Virus record (IMG/VR): IMGVR_UViG_2974736276_000001
Span: 96,001 to 160,000 of that record
Reading direction: 5' to 3' (one strand)
DNA length: 64,000 nt
Source: a virus
Taxonomy: Duplodnaviria; Caudoviricetes
Positions within the stretch are counted from its first letter, which is position 1. Each line of letters starts with the position of its first letter. Both the position numbers and the translations under genes were made by a program. Below are positions 1-11,923 of the stretch, piece by piece. The notes beneath the pieces are model-generated. The model searched no databases, was not told where the DNA came from, and was given only the letters and a program-made list of their open reading frames with translations.

Positions 1-1211
<1,211 letters not shown>

Positions 1212-1242
1212 AAGTAAAGCAAATAATAATTGAGGATTCAAG

Positions 1243-3228
1243 ATGGCTTTATTATCTCCGGGCGTTGAGCTCAAAGAAAGTAGCGTTCAAAGCACGATCG
1301 TGAATAATGCTACGGGACGTGCCGCGATCGTAGGGAAATTTCAGTGGGGACCTGCTTTCCAAGTAACGCAGGTAACTAATGAAGTTGAGTTAGTAGATAA
1401 TTTCGGCGAGCCGAACAATGACACTGCTGACTATTTCATGTCTGGTATGAATTTCCTGCAATACGGTAACGATTTACGTGTTGTTCGTGCAGTTAACCGT
1501 GATATCGCTAAAAACGCATCACCAATTGCTGGCAACATTTCATCAACTATCACAGCCGCAGGTGCGAACTACGCTGTAGGTGACACAATTGCAGTTAAAT
1601 ATTTGACTACTACCGTTGAAACTGCGGGTAAAATTACCAAAGTAGATACAGACGGTAAAATTCTAGCAATCTTTATTCCTACTGCTAAGATTATCGCGTA
1701 CGCGAAAACTATTAATCAGTATCCGCAATTAGGTACAGGTTGGACAGCTGAAGTTTCATCTTCTTCATCAGGTGTTTCAGCAGCAATAACCTTAGGGTCT
1801 ATTGTAACCGATTCTGGAATTTTGCTAACTGAATCAGAGACTTCTGTTTCAAAAATTACAGCAACTGATTTCCAAGCCCTGCTTGCGAAATATGCTTTAC
1901 CTGGTGTTGTAGCGGTTTATCCTGGTGAAATTGGTTCACAGATTGAAGTTGAAATTGTTTCTAAAGCATCATATGCTAAAGGCGCTTCACTGACTCTGCC
2001 AATTTATCCAAATGGTGGTTCACGTGCTTCTACTGCTCGTGCAGTATTTGGTTACGGTCCGCAAACAGATAATCAGTATGGCATTATTGTTCGTCGTAAC
2101 GGTGAAGTAGTTGAGTCAGTAGTTCTTTCAACTGCAAAAGGTGAAAAAGACGTTTACGGTAATAACATCTACATGGATGATTATTTCGCTAAAGGCTCAA
2201 GCAACTATATCTTCGCTACTGCAATCGGTTGGCCTGCAGGTTTCTCTGGTATTCTTACTCTGTCTGGTGGTTTATCTGCTAATGACTCAGTAACTGCTGG
2301 TGATATCATTGAAGGTTGGGACTTATTCGCAGATCGTGAAGCATTAGCAGTTAACTTGCTGATTGCTGGTGCAGTTGCTGGTGAAGGTGTTACTTTCGCA
2401 TCTACTGTACAGAAACATGCTTCTGCTTTGGCAGACGAGCGTCAAGATTGCCTGTGCTTAATTTCACCACCACGTGATACCATCGTTAATATCCCACTGA
2501 CTCGTGCAGTTGATAACCTGGTTAACTGGCGTACTGCTCAAGGTGCTTACGATACAGATAATATGAACATTAGTTCTACTTATGCTGCAATCGACGGTAA
2601 CTATAAATATCAGTACGATAAGTATAATGATGTTAACCGTTGGGTACCATTAGCGGGTGATATCGCAGGTCTATGTGCTCGTACAGATAGTGTATCTCAG
2701 CCTTGGATGTCTCCAGCGGGTTATAATCGCGGACAACTGCTGAACTGCATTAAATTAGCGATTGAACCACGTCAGTCACATCGTGATTCTATGTATCAGG
2801 AAGCAATTAACCCTGTTACTGGATTTAGTGGCGGAGACGGTTTCGTTCTATTTGGTGATAAGACTGCGACAAACACTCCTTCACCGTTTGACCGAATCAA
2901 CGTTCGTCGTCTGTTTAACATGCTGAAGAAAAATATTGGTGATAGTTCTAAGTATCGTCTGTTTGAGAATAACGACAACTTCACTCGTTCAAGCTTCCGT
3001 ATGGAAACTTCTCAGTACTTAGCGGGTATTAAAGCGTTGGGTGGTGTTTACGATTATCGTGTAGTTTGCGATACTACGAATAACACTGGTGCAGTTATTG
3101 ACAGAAATGAGTTTGTTGCAAGCATTTATGTTAAGCCAGCACGTTCAATCAACTACATCACTCTGAACTTGGTTGCCACAAGCACAAGCGCAGATTTCGA
3201 TGAGCTGATTGGTACCGCATCGTCTTAA
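1243..3228 (+). CDS. 18: Tail sheath protein gp18
   Basis: MALLSPGVELKE N-terminus, WMSPAGYNRG, FDRINVRRLF; 661 aa; synteny. Confidence 0.97.
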   Translation: MALLSPGVELKESSVQSTIVNNATGRAAIVGKFQWGPAFQVTQVTNEVELVDNFGEPNNDTADYFMSGMNFLQYGNDLRVVRAVNRDIAKNASPIAGNISSTITAAGANYAVGDTIAVKYLTTTVETAGKITKVDTDGKILAIFIPTAKIIAYAKTINQYPQLGTGWTAEVSSSSSGVSAAITLGSIVTDSGILLTESETSVSKITATDFQALLAKYALPGVVAVYPGEIGSQIEVEIVSKASYAKGASLTLPIYPNGGSRASTARAVFGYGPQTDNQYGIIVRRNGEVVESVVLSTAKGEKDVYGNNIYMDDYFAKGSSNYIFATAIGWPAGFSGILTLSGGLSANDSVTAGDIIEGWDLFADREALAVNLLIAGAVAGEGVTFASTVQKHASALADERQDCLCLISPPRDTIVNIPLTRAVDNLVNWRTAQGAYDTDNMNISSTYAAIDGNYKYQYDKYNDVNRWVPLAGDIAGLCARTDSVSQPWMSPAGYNRGQLLNCIKLAIEPRQSHRDSMYQEAINPVTGFSGGDGFVLFGDKTATNTPSPFDRINVRRLFNMLKKNIGDSSKYRLFENNDNFTRSSFRMETSQYLAGIKALGGVYDYRVVCDTTNNTGAVIDRNEFVASIYVKPARSINYITLNLVATSTSADFDELIGTASS

Positions 3229-3245
3229 TCAGAACACTCTAGAGG

Positions 3246-3264
3246 CCTCCCTTCGGGGAGGTTT
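3246..3264 (+). terminator. cUUCGg hairpin after gene 18 (weak terminator or stabiliser)
   Basis: CCTCCC-TTCG-GGGAGG followed by only TTT. Confidence 0.55.
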
Positions 3265-3323
3265 AAAACCATATTCACTGATTAAAATAATCACTCCAGG
3301 TGTATCTGGTGTAACCAGAACCT

Positions 3324-3331
3324 TATAAATA
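3324..3331 (+). promoter_or_regulatory. Late promoter for gene 19
   Basis: Exact TATAAATA just upstream of gene 19. Confidence 0.75.
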
Positions 3332-3344
3332 TTGAGAGAACCAA

Positions 3345-3836
3345 ATGGAACTACAAGACATTACACGTGCGTTCGAATCTGGTGACTTTGCCCGTCCTAA
3401 CTTGTTTGAAGTAGAGATTCCTTATCTTGGTCGTAACTTCAGCTTCAAGTGTAAAGCAGCTCCAATGCCTGCAGGTATCGTGGAAAAAGTTCCAGTCGGT
3501 TATCAGAACCGTAAAATTAACGTTGCAGGCGATCGTACATATGACGACTGGACCGTGACCATCTATAATGATGACGCGCACTTGACTCGTCAAGCTATTG
3601 TTGATTGGCAAAACATTGCTCATGCAATGGGTAACGAAATTACAGGCGGCTCACCAGCTGACTATAAAAAACAAGCAGTTGTTCGTCAATTCCATCGTGA
3701 TGGTAAGACTATCACTAAAGAAGTGACTATTACTGGTCTGTGGCCGACTAACGTTGGTGAAGTACAGATGGACTGGGATTCAAATAACGAGGTAGAAACA
3801 TTTGAAACTACCTTCGCGTTAGACTGGTGGGAATAA
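3345..3836 (+). CDS. 19: Tail tube protein gp19
   Basis: RAFESGDFARPNLFEV...ALDWWE; 163 aa. Confidence 0.97.
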   Translation: MELQDITRAFESGDFARPNLFEVEIPYLGRNFSFKCKAAPMPAGIVEKVPVGYQNRKINVAGDRTYDDWTVTIYNDDAHLTRQAIVDWQNIAHAMGNEITGGSPADYKKQAVVRQFHRDGKTITKEVTITGLWPTNVGEVQMDWDSNNEVETFETTFALDWWE

Positions 3837-3890
3837 TAAATAACTATGGGAGTTCGCTCCCATACTTTTCCCAACTTTCGGAGACTCTAA

Positions 3891-5459
3891 ATGGCTTTTA
3901 ATATTTTAAAAATGTTCACTGGCTGGCAACAGCGAGATGAATATGAGTTCAAACAAAATCAGAACGAAAATTTAGAGTCGATTACGGCACCTAAATTGGA
4001 TGATGGTGCTCGTGAAATTGAAGTTTCCGAGAACGAACATCCTTATAATACCTTGATGCAGACCATGTTTGGTGCTCAAGATCCAGGTATTAAATCAACA
4101 ACAGAACTCATTAACACCTATCGCAATCTAATGACTAACTATGAAGTCGAGAATGCGGTAGATGAAATTATCTCCGATGCCGTTGTCTATGAAGATGACC
4201 ATGATGTCGTTTCAATTGACTTGGACTCAACTAAGTTTAGTCCAGCGCTTAAAGATAGGATTCAAGAGGAATTTAATGACGTTTTACTAGCATTAAGTTT
4301 CCAACGCAAAGGTACTGATCATTTCAAACGTTGGTACGTTGATTCACGAATTTTCTTCCATAAAATCGTGAATATAAATAAAATGCGTGATGGTATTAAA
4401 GAAATGCGTCGATTAGATCCACGTAACGTACAGTTCGTCCGTGAAGTAATTACGAAAGATCAAGCTGGTGTAAAAGTCGTTACGGGTTATCGAGATTTCT
4501 TCATTTACGATACTGGCAATGAATCGTATAATGACGGTACACAAGTTTATGCAGCTGGAACAAAAATTAAAATTCCTCGAGCTGCTATTACCTATGCTCA
4601 TTCCGGTTTAGTAGATTGCTGCGGACATAACATCATCGGTTATTTACATCGTGCTGTTAAACCTGCTAACCAACTTAAACTGTTAGAAGATGCAATGGTA
4701 ATTTATCGAATTACTCGTGCTCCAGATCGCCGTATTTTCTACGTTGATACTGGTAACATGCCTTCTCGTAAAGCGGCACAGCACATGCAAACCATCATGA
4801 ACACGATGAAAAACCGTGTCGTATATGATGCTTCTACTGGTAAGATTAAAAATCAGCAGCACAATATGTCAATGACTGAAGACTATTGGTTGCAACGTCG
4901 TGATGGTAAAGCTGTAACAGAAGTTGATACTCTTCCTGGTGCGTCAGGTATGAATGAAATGGACGACGTTCGTTGGTTCAAACGTTGCTTATATGAAGCT
5001 CTTCGTATTCCATTATCACGTATTCCTAACGATCAAGGTGGCGGTGTTCAATTCGACGCTGGTACTGCAATTACTCGTGACGAAATTAAATTCGATACAT
5101 TTATTCGTCAGCTTCAGCACAAGTTTGAAGAAATTCTTCTTGATCCGCTGAAAACCAATCTGATTCTGAAAAAAATTATTGCAGAAGATGAATGGAATGA
5201 TGAAATAAATAATATTAAGATAGTGTTCCACCGTAACTCATATTTCACTGAAGCGAAAGACGCTGAGATTATGGAACGTAGAATCAATATGCTTACAATG
5301 GCTGAACCATTTATTGGAAAATATATTTCTCACCAAACAGCAATGAAGGATTTCCTGAAAATGTCTGATGAAGAAATTGACCAAGAAGCTAAGCAGATTG
5401 AGTTAGAGTCGAAAGAGGCTCGTTTTAAAGACCCTGAAGAACCAGAAGAGGCATTCTAA
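3891..5459 (+). CDS. 20: Portal vertex protein gp20
   Basis: [34 protein letters not shown] motifs. Confidence 0.97.
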   Translation: MAFNILKMFTGWQQRDEYEFKQNQNENLESITAPKLDDGAREIEVSENEHPYNTLMQTMFGAQDPGIKSTTELINTYRNLMTNYEVENAVDEIISDAVVYEDDHDVVSIDLDSTKFSPALKDRIQEEFNDVLLALSFQRKGTDHFKRWYVDSRIFFHKIVNINKMRDGIKEMRRLDPRNVQFVREVITKDQAGVKVVTGYRDFFIYDTGNESYNDGTQVYAAGTKIKIPRAAITYAHSGLVDCCGHNIIGYLHRAVKPANQLKLLEDAMVIYRITRAPDRRIFYVDTGNMPSRKAAQHMQTIMNTMKNRVVYDASTGKIKNQQHNMSMTEDYWLQRRDGKAVTEVDTLPGASGMNEMDDVRWFKRCLYEALRIPLSRIPNDQGGGVQFDAGTAITRDEIKFDTFIRQLQHKFEEILLDPLKTNLILKKIIAEDEWNDEINNIKIVFHRNSYFTEAKDAEIMERRINMLTMAEPFIGKYISHQTAMKDFLKMSDEEIDQEAKQIELESKEARFKDPEEPEEAF

Positions 5460-5716
5460 TGGACGCATTTGTTGAAGCAGTAAAGAATAACGACCTCGTT
5501 AAAGCTAAAAAAGCATTCGGCTCTATTATGACTGAACGTACTACCGCTTTGATTGAAAGTCGTAAGAAAGAGTTAGCAGCTCAGGTAATGATTGAAGGCG
5601 AAGCCGTTGATTACGACCAAGACGAAATCGAAAAAACTGGCGTAACTGATCCAGACGCTGATGCAGCTAAAGATAAAAAAGCAAAAGAAGCTAAGAAAGA
5701 AAAAGCGGGGGAATAA
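5459..5716 (+). CDS. 67: Prohead core protein gp67
   Basis: Position after gene 20; NDLVKAKKAF motif; charged tail. Confidence 0.88.
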   Translation: MDAFVEAVKNNDLVKAKKAFGSIMTERTTALIESRKKELAAQVMIEGEAVDYDQDEIEKTGVTDPDADAAKDKKAKEAKKEKAGE

Positions 5717-5719
5717 GAA

Positions 5720-6145
5720 ATGTTTCTACTGCCTGAAAATTATGAATTAGTTCTCGAAAACGTCGAAAAACTTCTTCCTGAAGCACAGGCACGTTTTGAT
5801 ATTCTTTCTGAAGCGCTTGATCAAGCTGATATAAATAAAATTGTAGAGAATATGCTTGAGGATGAACCTGAATTGGCAGTTGCCCTGGGTTCAATCAACG
5901 AGGAAATGGTGCTTAATGAGTTCATCGTTAAGCGCGTTAACTCTAAAGGCGATGTATCACGAGTCAAAGATCGTAAAACTCGCGAACGTCAAGCATATCA
6001 GACAACTGGATTATCGAAAGCTAAGCGTCGTCAAATTGCTCGTAAGGCAACTAAGACAAAACGTGCTAACCCATCAACTGTTACTCGCGGCGAACGTAAA
6101 CGTAAGAAAGCTCTTCGTAAACGTAAAGCTCTAGGACTAAGTTAA
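5720..6145 (+). CDS. 68: Prohead core protein gp68
   Basis: 141 aa; [16 protein letters not shown] basic C-terminus. Confidence 0.93.
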   Translation: MFLLPENYELVLENVEKLLPEAQARFDILSEALDQADINKIVENMLEDEPELAVALGSINEEMVLNEFIVKRVNSKGDVSRVKDRKTRERQAYQTTGLSKAKRRQIARKATKTKRANPSTVTRGERKRKKALRKRKALGLS

Positions 6146-6804
6146 TGAATGAACCTCAATTGTTAATAGAACATTGGGGTCAACCTGGCGAAATGGTTGG
6201 TGATAAACCAATGCTTGAGTCGTTTGAAATACAACTTAATGAAGACAAGAAATTAAAACCTGGTCTATACATTGAGGGAATTTTCATGCAGGCCGATGTT
6301 GTTAATCGCAATAAACGTCTGTATCCAAAGAAAATTTTGGAAGCTGCAGTAAACCGTTATATTACAGAACAGGTTGATACTCATCAAGCTCTTGGAGAAT
6401 TAAATCACCCGCCACGTGCTAATGTGGACCCGATGCAAGCAGCAATCATCATTGAAGAATTACGTTGGGAAGGTTCAAACGTAATTGGTCGAGCCAGAAT
6501 TATTGAAGGCGATCATGGCCCTGGTGATAAACTAGCAGCAAATATTCGAGCGGGCTGGGTACCTGGCGTAAGTTCTCGCGGACTAGGCGCTTTAAAGGAT
6601 TCAGGTCGTGGGTACAATATTGTACAAGAAGGATACCGTCTCACCGTAGGTGTAGATGCAGTCTGGGGACCTAGCGCTCCAGACGCCTGGGTGCAACCAA
6701 AGCAAATCCTTGAGAATACTCAAGAAGCTTCGGTACCCATTAAAAATGGTGCTGATCAGGCATTTATTAAGCTCACAGAGAGCCTTAAAAAGCATAATAA
6801 ATAA
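6145..6804 (+). CDS. 21: Prohead protease gp21
   Basis: YIEGIFMQA, ALGELNHP, GVSSRGLG, PSAPDAWV. Confidence 0.96.
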   Translation: MNEPQLLIEHWGQPGEMVGDKPMLESFEIQLNEDKKLKPGLYIEGIFMQADVVNRNKRLYPKKILEAAVNRYITEQVDTHQALGELNHPPRANVDPMQAAIIIEELRWEGSNVIGRARIIEGDHGPGDKLAANIRAGWVPGVSSRGLGALKDSGRGYNIVQEGYRLTVGVDAVWGPSAPDAWVQPKQILENTQEASVPIKNGADQAFIKLTESLKKHNK

Positions 6805-6832
6805 TTATGTAACTTAACAACAGGACACAAAA

Positions 6833-7654
6833 ATGCTGAAAGAACAACTCCTTGAAGAAGCTAAGAATTTAAACGCTTCTGTTGAGCTTGATAGTGTTTT
6901 CGAATCAGTTGAACTTTCTCCAGAAGTTAAAGAGAATTTCAGCGTTGTATTCGAAGCAACCGTCAAAAATAAAGCTCTTCAACTGGCTGAATCACACATT
7001 CAGGCCATCGCTGAAAAAGCTGAAAAAGAAGTAGAAAAGAATAAAGAAGAAGCCGAAGAAAAAGCTGAAAAAGAGCTGAAAGAATCTGCCTCTAAATTCT
7101 TTGACTATCTGGCTGGCGAATGGCTAGCAGAAAACCAATTAGCTGTAGATAAAGGTATTAAAGCCGATCTGTTCGAATCTATGTTCTCTGGTCTTAAAGA
7201 ATTGTTCGTTGAACACAACGTATCACTTCCTGCGGAATCAGTAGATGTGGTTGCTGAACTGGAAGAAGCTCTTGCTGAAGAACAAGCGCAGACCGCGTCT
7301 CTGTTTGAAAGCAACAACGCCCTGACAGCAGAAGTTGCTGGCATGAAGCGTGCAAGACTGATCGAAGAATCAACTCGTGAATTGACTGAATCTCAAAAAG
7401 AAAAAGTTGCTTCACTGGTAGAAGGTACTGAATTCTCCGATTCATTCAGTGGAAAATTAAACTCTATCGTTTCTATGGTAGTAGCATCCACTAAATCTGC
7501 GCAGACAATCACTGAAAGTGCAGATATAAATATTATTGAAGATGATGCAGCGAAACTCAATTTCGTAACTGAAGCAGTTGAAGAAACTAATAAAACTGCC
7601 ACCCAGTCTCCTTCAATGAATGCATATACTCGTGCAGCAACTCGTTTAAGTTAA
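6833..7654 (+). CDS. 22: Major prohead scaffolding protein gp22
   Basis: MLKEQLLEEA start; acidic coiled-coil composition; synteny. Confidence 0.94.
   Translation: MLKEQLLEEAKNLNASVELDSVFESVELSPEVKENFSVVFEATVKNKALQLAESHIQAIAEKAEKEVEKNKEEAEEKAEKELKESASKFFDYLAGEWLAENQLAVDKGIKADLFESMFSGLKELFVEHNVSLPAESVDVVAELEEALAEEQAQTASLFESNNALTAEVAGMKRARLIEESTRELTESQKEKVASLVEGTEFSDSFSGKLNSIVSMVVASTKSAQTITESADINIIEDDAAKLNFVTEAVEETNKTATQSPSMNAYTRAATRLS
7525..7532 (+). promoter_or_regulatory. Late promoter for gene 23, inside gene 22
   Basis: Exact TATAAATA ~140 nt upstream of gene 23. Confidence 0.7.
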
Positions 7655-7673
7655 TTAAAAGGTTATATCACAC

Positions 7674-9227
7674 ATGAACAAGAATCAACTAATTGAAAAA
7701 TGGAAACCACTGCTTGAGAATGAATCTCTGCCAGAGATTTTGGGTGCCAGCAAACAAGCAATCATTGCTAAAATCTTCGAAAACCAGGAAAATGATTTTA
7801 ACACTGCTCCTGAATATCGCGATGAAAAAATCGCTCAGGCTTTCGGTGACTTCCTGAACGAAGCAGAAATTGGCGGTGACTCTGGTTACAACGCTGACAA
7901 CATCGCAGCTGGTCGTACTTCTGGTGCAGTAACTCACATCGGTCCTGCTGTAATGGGTATGGTTCGTCGTGCAATTCCTCATCTGATCGCTTTCGATATT
8001 TGTGGTGTTCAGCCAATGAACAACCCAACTGGTCAGGTATTTGCTCTTCGTGCTACTTACGGTGAAGATCCACTGGCAGCTGGTACTAAAGAAGCATTCC
8101 ACCCAATGTACTCTCCAAATGCAATGCATTCTGGTCAGGGTGCAGCAGTTAAGTTTGCTGATCTGAAAGCTGGTGATGCTCTGAAAGCTGGTGATATCGT
8201 TAAGTATGATTTCGCTGCAACTGGTACCGCATTCCTGCAGGCAACTGCTGATGTAACGGTAACTGTAGCTTCCGGTTCTGATCTGGACAAAACAGTAATT
8301 GCCTTGACCGAAGCTGGTTCACTGGCTGAAATTGCTGAAGGTATGGCTACCTCGATCGCCGAACTGCAAGAAGGCTTTAACGGTTCAAGCGATAACCCTT
8401 GGAACGAAATGGGCTTCCGTATCGATAAACAAGTTATCGAAGCGAAATCTCGTCAGCTGAAAGCTGCTTACTCTATCGAACTGGCACAGGATCTTCGTGC
8501 AGTACACGGTATGGATGCAGATGCTGAATTGTCAGGTATCCTGGCTACTGAAATCATGCTTGAAATCAACCGTGAAGTAATTGACTGGATTAACTATTCA
8601 GCTCAGATCGGTAAATCTGGTATGACTCAGACTGTTGGTTCTAAAGCTGGTGTGTTCGACTTCCAGGATCCAATCGATATCCGCGGTGCTCGTTGGGCAG
8701 GTGAAAGCTTCAAAGCTCTTCTGTTCCAGATCGACAAAGAAGCTGCTGAAATCGCTCGTCAAACTGGACGTGGTGCAGGTAACTTCCTGATTGCTTCTCG
8801 TAACGTTGTTAACGTATTGGCTTCTGTTGATACCAACGTAACTCCAGCAGCTCAGGGTCTGGCACGTGGTTTCGAAACCGACACTACCAAAGCAGTATTT
8901 GCGGGTGTTCTGGGTGGTAAATACCGTGTGTATATCGATCAGTATGCACGCCAGGATTACTTCACCATCGGTTACAAAGGCGCTAACGAAATGGATGCTG
9001 GTATTTACTACGCACCATACGTTGCACTGACTCCACTTCGTGGTAGTAACCCTAAGAACTTCCAACCAGTCATGGGCTTCAAAACTCGTTACGGTATCGG
9101 AATCAACCCATTTGCAGATACTTCTGCACAGGCACCTAAAGGTCGTATCGTATCTGGTATGCCAGATATCACCAATTCACTTGGTAAAAACGGTTACTTT
9201 AGACGTGTATGGGTTAAAGGTATCTAA
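7674..9227 (+). CDS. 23: Major capsid protein gp23
   Basis: EAEIGGD maturation site, KSRQLKAAYSIELAQDLRAVHG, YYAPYV, FKTRYG. Confidence 0.98.
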   Translation: MNKNQLIEKWKPLLENESLPEILGASKQAIIAKIFENQENDFNTAPEYRDEKIAQAFGDFLNEAEIGGDSGYNADNIAAGRTSGAVTHIGPAVMGMVRRAIPHLIAFDICGVQPMNNPTGQVFALRATYGEDPLAAGTKEAFHPMYSPNAMHSGQGAAVKFADLKAGDALKAGDIVKYDFAATGTAFLQATADVTVTVASGSDLDKTVIALTEAGSLAEIAEGMATSIAELQEGFNGSSDNPWNEMGFRIDKQVIEAKSRQLKAAYSIELAQDLRAVHGMDADAELSGILATEIMLEINREVIDWINYSAQIGKSGMTQTVGSKAGVFDFQDPIDIRGARWAGESFKALLFQIDKEAAEIARQTGRGAGNFLIASRNVVNVLASVDTNVTPAAQGLARGFETDTTKAVFAGVLGGKYRVYIDQYARQDYFTIGYKGANEMDAGIYYAPYVALTPLRGSNPKNFQPVMGFKTRYGIGINPFADTSAQAPKGRIVSGMPDITNSLGKNGYFRRVWVKGI

Positions 9228-9249
9228 TACCTTTTCACCAAAAAGAATT

Positions 9250-9274
9250 AGGGAACCTTCGGGTTCCCTTTTTT
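9250..9274 (+). terminator. Rho-independent terminator after gene 23
   Basis: AGGGAACC-TTCG-GGTTCCCT followed by a T-run. Confidence 0.9.
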
Positions 9275-9278
9275 CGTT

Positions 9279-9286
9279 TATAAATA
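9279..9286 (+). promoter_or_regulatory. Late promoter for gene 24
   Basis: Exact TATAAATA. Confidence 0.8.
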
Positions 9287-9315
9287 AAATAAATCCCATT
9301 TAAGAGAGAAGTGCA

Positions 9316-10596
9316 ATGAGCAAACAATACAAAATAAACAAACTCCTGCGCGAATCAACTGACACAACAAGTAACTCTAATTCACGTCCAAGTCTTGTTG
9401 CACTGACTCGCGCTACCACAAAATTAGTCTATACTGATCTCGTAGCTACACAGCGTACTAATCAACCCGTTGCTGCATTGTACGGTATCAAATATCTTAA
9501 CCCGCATGGAGATTTAACCTTTAATGCTGGTGCTACTTATGCCGGTGCTGCAGGTTCATTAGCTCGTGAAGGTATTGATGAATTAACTGATGCTACGGCT
9601 CCTGACTTGAAAGCTGGTGACTTTTTCCAGTATCAAGATGTTGTCTATAAAGTTTTAGCAGACGCTCCGTTCACTGGCGGTACAGGTGACCTAATTGATC
9701 TAGTTCAATTTGGTATCGTATCATTGACTATTCGTCTGTTCTCTGATGCTGCTGCTACTGAACACTTCGAGCAAGATGAAGATAATATTTCAGAAGCTTC
9801 ATTCAAGATCAATAAATGGCAGACTGCTGTTAAGACTCGTAAACTTAAAACTACCTTGACTGTTGAATTAGCCCAAGATCTAGAAGCTAACGGTTTCGAT
9901 GCTCCGAATTTCATTGAAGATTTACTTGCTACTGAAATGGCAGAAGACATCAATAAAGATATTCTACAATCTCTAATTACAGTTTCAAAACGTTATAAAA
10001 TTGATGGCGTAACTCCGAACGGTATTCTTACTATTAGCGATTATTCTAACGCTCCGGAAGCTGGTCGTTTACTGTATCAGATGATGTGTGAAATGAATTC
10101 CCATATTCAGCGTACTACCTCTTATTCAGGAACCTATGTTGTAGCTTCTACTCGCGTAGCGGGCATTTTAGCTTCTTCTGGATTTATGAAACTATCTGGT
10201 GACGCTGATAATAACAACGCTTACGGCTTCCTTAAAAATGGTCTTCCATTGTTCTGCGATACGAATACACCATTTGATTATATGACCGTAGGTGTTAAAG
10301 CTGATTTCGGTGATGCCGAATTAGTAGGTTCATTATTCTATGCTCCATACACCGAAGGTCTCGATTTAGAAGAACCTGAGCATGTTGGTGCATTTAAAGT
10401 AATCAACGATCCTAGTTCATTACAACCTAAAGTTGCATTGATGGTACGATATGCATTGTCTGCTAATCCTTACACTGTCGCTAAAGATGATAAAGAAGCT
10501 CGTCTGATTGATGGTGGTGATATGGATAAAATGGCTGGACAAAGTGATATGTCAGTATTGGTCGGTGTTAAACTTCCAAAATTACTGAGTGAATGA
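9316..10596 (+). CDS. 24: Capsid vertex protein gp24
   Basis: KINKLLREST start, LTVELAQDLEANGF, SLFYAPY, GVKLPK end. Confidence 0.95.
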   Translation: MSKQYKINKLLRESTDTTSNSNSRPSLVALTRATTKLVYTDLVATQRTNQPVAALYGIKYLNPHGDLTFNAGATYAGAAGSLAREGIDELTDATAPDLKAGDFFQYQDVVYKVLADAPFTGGTGDLIDLVQFGIVSLTIRLFSDAAATEHFEQDEDNISEASFKINKWQTAVKTRKLKTTLTVELAQDLEANGFDAPNFIEDLLATEMAEDINKDILQSLITVSKRYKIDGVTPNGILTISDYSNAPEAGRLLYQMMCEMNSHIQRTTSYSGTYVVASTRVAGILASSGFMKLSGDADNNNAYGFLKNGLPLFCDTNTPFDYMTVGVKADFGDAELVGSLFYAPYTEGLDLEEPEHVGAFKVINDPSSLQPKVALMVRYALSANPYTVAKDDKEARLIDGGDMDKMAGQSDMSVLVGVKLPKLLSE

Positions 10597-10597
10597 T

Positions 10598-11881
10598 ATG
10601 GCACAAATTGATGAACTAATTTACGAATCAAATACTTCGGCGGTGAATAGCACCGCCCGTCCTACATTGCTTTCATTTACTAAAGCAACTAACAGACGTA
10701 TTTTTAAAGATCTTGTAGCTACTCAACCTACTAAACAACCAGTTGCTGCGTTGTACGGTATTCGAGTTCTTAATCCTGATGATCAAATGACTTATTATGG
10801 TGGTGCTACATTCGCAGGTCTAATGAATAAGGAAGAGCGCTCAAATGTAGCTCCAATTGATTTGAATGCTTCATACGAGAAAGATGACTATTTCATGTAT
10901 GATAACGTAGTATTCAAAGTATTATCAGCTGATCCATTTAGTGGAACTTCTGAAACTGAGGCTGATGACATTGTATCTGAAGCTATCGCAGCATTAACTA
11001 TCAGAATGGTTTCTGAAGCTGCTCCTACTGAACAATTCGAAACAGGTGAGCCTGAAATAGCAGAAGCAGGATTCAAAATTGATAAGTGGCAGTCAGCAGT
11101 TAAATCCCGTAAATTGAAGACTTCTCTTTCTATAGAGCTAATGCAGGATTTAGAAGCTAATGGGTTTAATGCAGATGAATTTATTAATGAGCTTTTAGCT
11201 ATTCAAATGGCCGAAGAAGTTAATAAAGATGTATTGCAGTCTTTGATTACTATTTCGTCTCGTTTTAAAGTACAAGGTGTTAATAGCAGAGGTGTTCTCG
11301 ATTTAACTTCTATTTCAGGTGCTCAAGAACAGGCACGTACGCTATATTCATATATCTGCGAAATGCACTCACACGTTCAGCGTCAGACTAGTTTCGCTGG
11401 AACTTATGTTGTAGCTTCTTCAAGATGTTGCGCTATTTTAGCTGCTTCTGGTTGGGTTAAAAAAGGTAAAGATGACGCACCCAATGCTCCAGAATCTGCA
11501 TACGGTATGTTGAACATTGGTCTACCTCTTTATTCAGACGTGAACAGCCCGTGTGATTATGCTATTGTCGGTGTTAACGTTGACATGGGTAAAGGTCAAG
11601 TAGTTTCATCTTTATTCTATTCTCCTTATATTGAAGGATTAAAGAATGTTGAATCAACTGATGACGATCAGTTCGGTGAATTCAAAGTTATTATCGATCC
11701 AGATTCATTACAGCCTACAGTAGCTCTTCTTTCACGATATGTTCTTACTAGTAATCCTTATACTGTTCCAAAGGATTCACCAGGTGATCGTGTAGTTGAT
11801 GGTTCTGATATGGATGCAATGGCAGGACAAAGTAAATTAAGTTCGTATCTCGGTGTTAAGTTACCACAACTCGAGAAGTAA
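10598..11881 (+). CDS. 24: Second capsid vertex protein (gp24 paralogue)
   Basis: Colinear with the preceding gp24 along its length (DLVATQ, QPVAALYGI, QDLEANGF, MAGQS, GVKLP); ATG at 10598 chosen over GTG at 10589. Confidence 0.9.
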   Translation: MAQIDELIYESNTSAVNSTARPTLLSFTKATNRRIFKDLVATQPTKQPVAALYGIRVLNPDDQMTYYGGATFAGLMNKEERSNVAPIDLNASYEKDDYFMYDNVVFKVLSADPFSGTSETEADDIVSEAIAALTIRMVSEAAPTEQFETGEPEIAEAGFKIDKWQSAVKSRKLKTSLSIELMQDLEANGFNADEFINELLAIQMAEEVNKDVLQSLITISSRFKVQGVNSRGVLDLTSISGAQEQARTLYSYICEMHSHVQRQTSFAGTYVVASSRCCAILAASGWVKKGKDDAPNAPESAYGMLNIGLPLYSDVNSPCDYAIVGVNVDMGKGQVVSSLFYSPYIEGLKNVESTDDDQFGEFKVIIDPDSLQPTVALLSRYVLTSNPYTVPKDSPGDRVVDGSDMDAMAGQSKLSSYLGVKLPQLEK

Positions 11882-11899
11882 GGGGCTTCGGCCCCTTTT
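11880..11899 (+). terminator. Rho-independent terminator after second gene 24
   Basis: AGGGGC-TTCG-GCCCCT TTT. Confidence 0.8.
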
Positions 11900-11923
11900 G
11901 TTGTATGTAAACAAGGAGAAAAT

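Noticed and set aside
7105-9303. Antisense and alternate-frame ORFs over genes 22-23 (e.g. 7689-8129, 8598-9065) and similar shadows across the window
   Set aside because: They overlap strongly supported core genes, lack SD sites and are explained by codon bias
11907-11914. Minus-strand GTTTAC early -35-like motif near the collagen gene start
   Set aside because: No properly spaced -10 element
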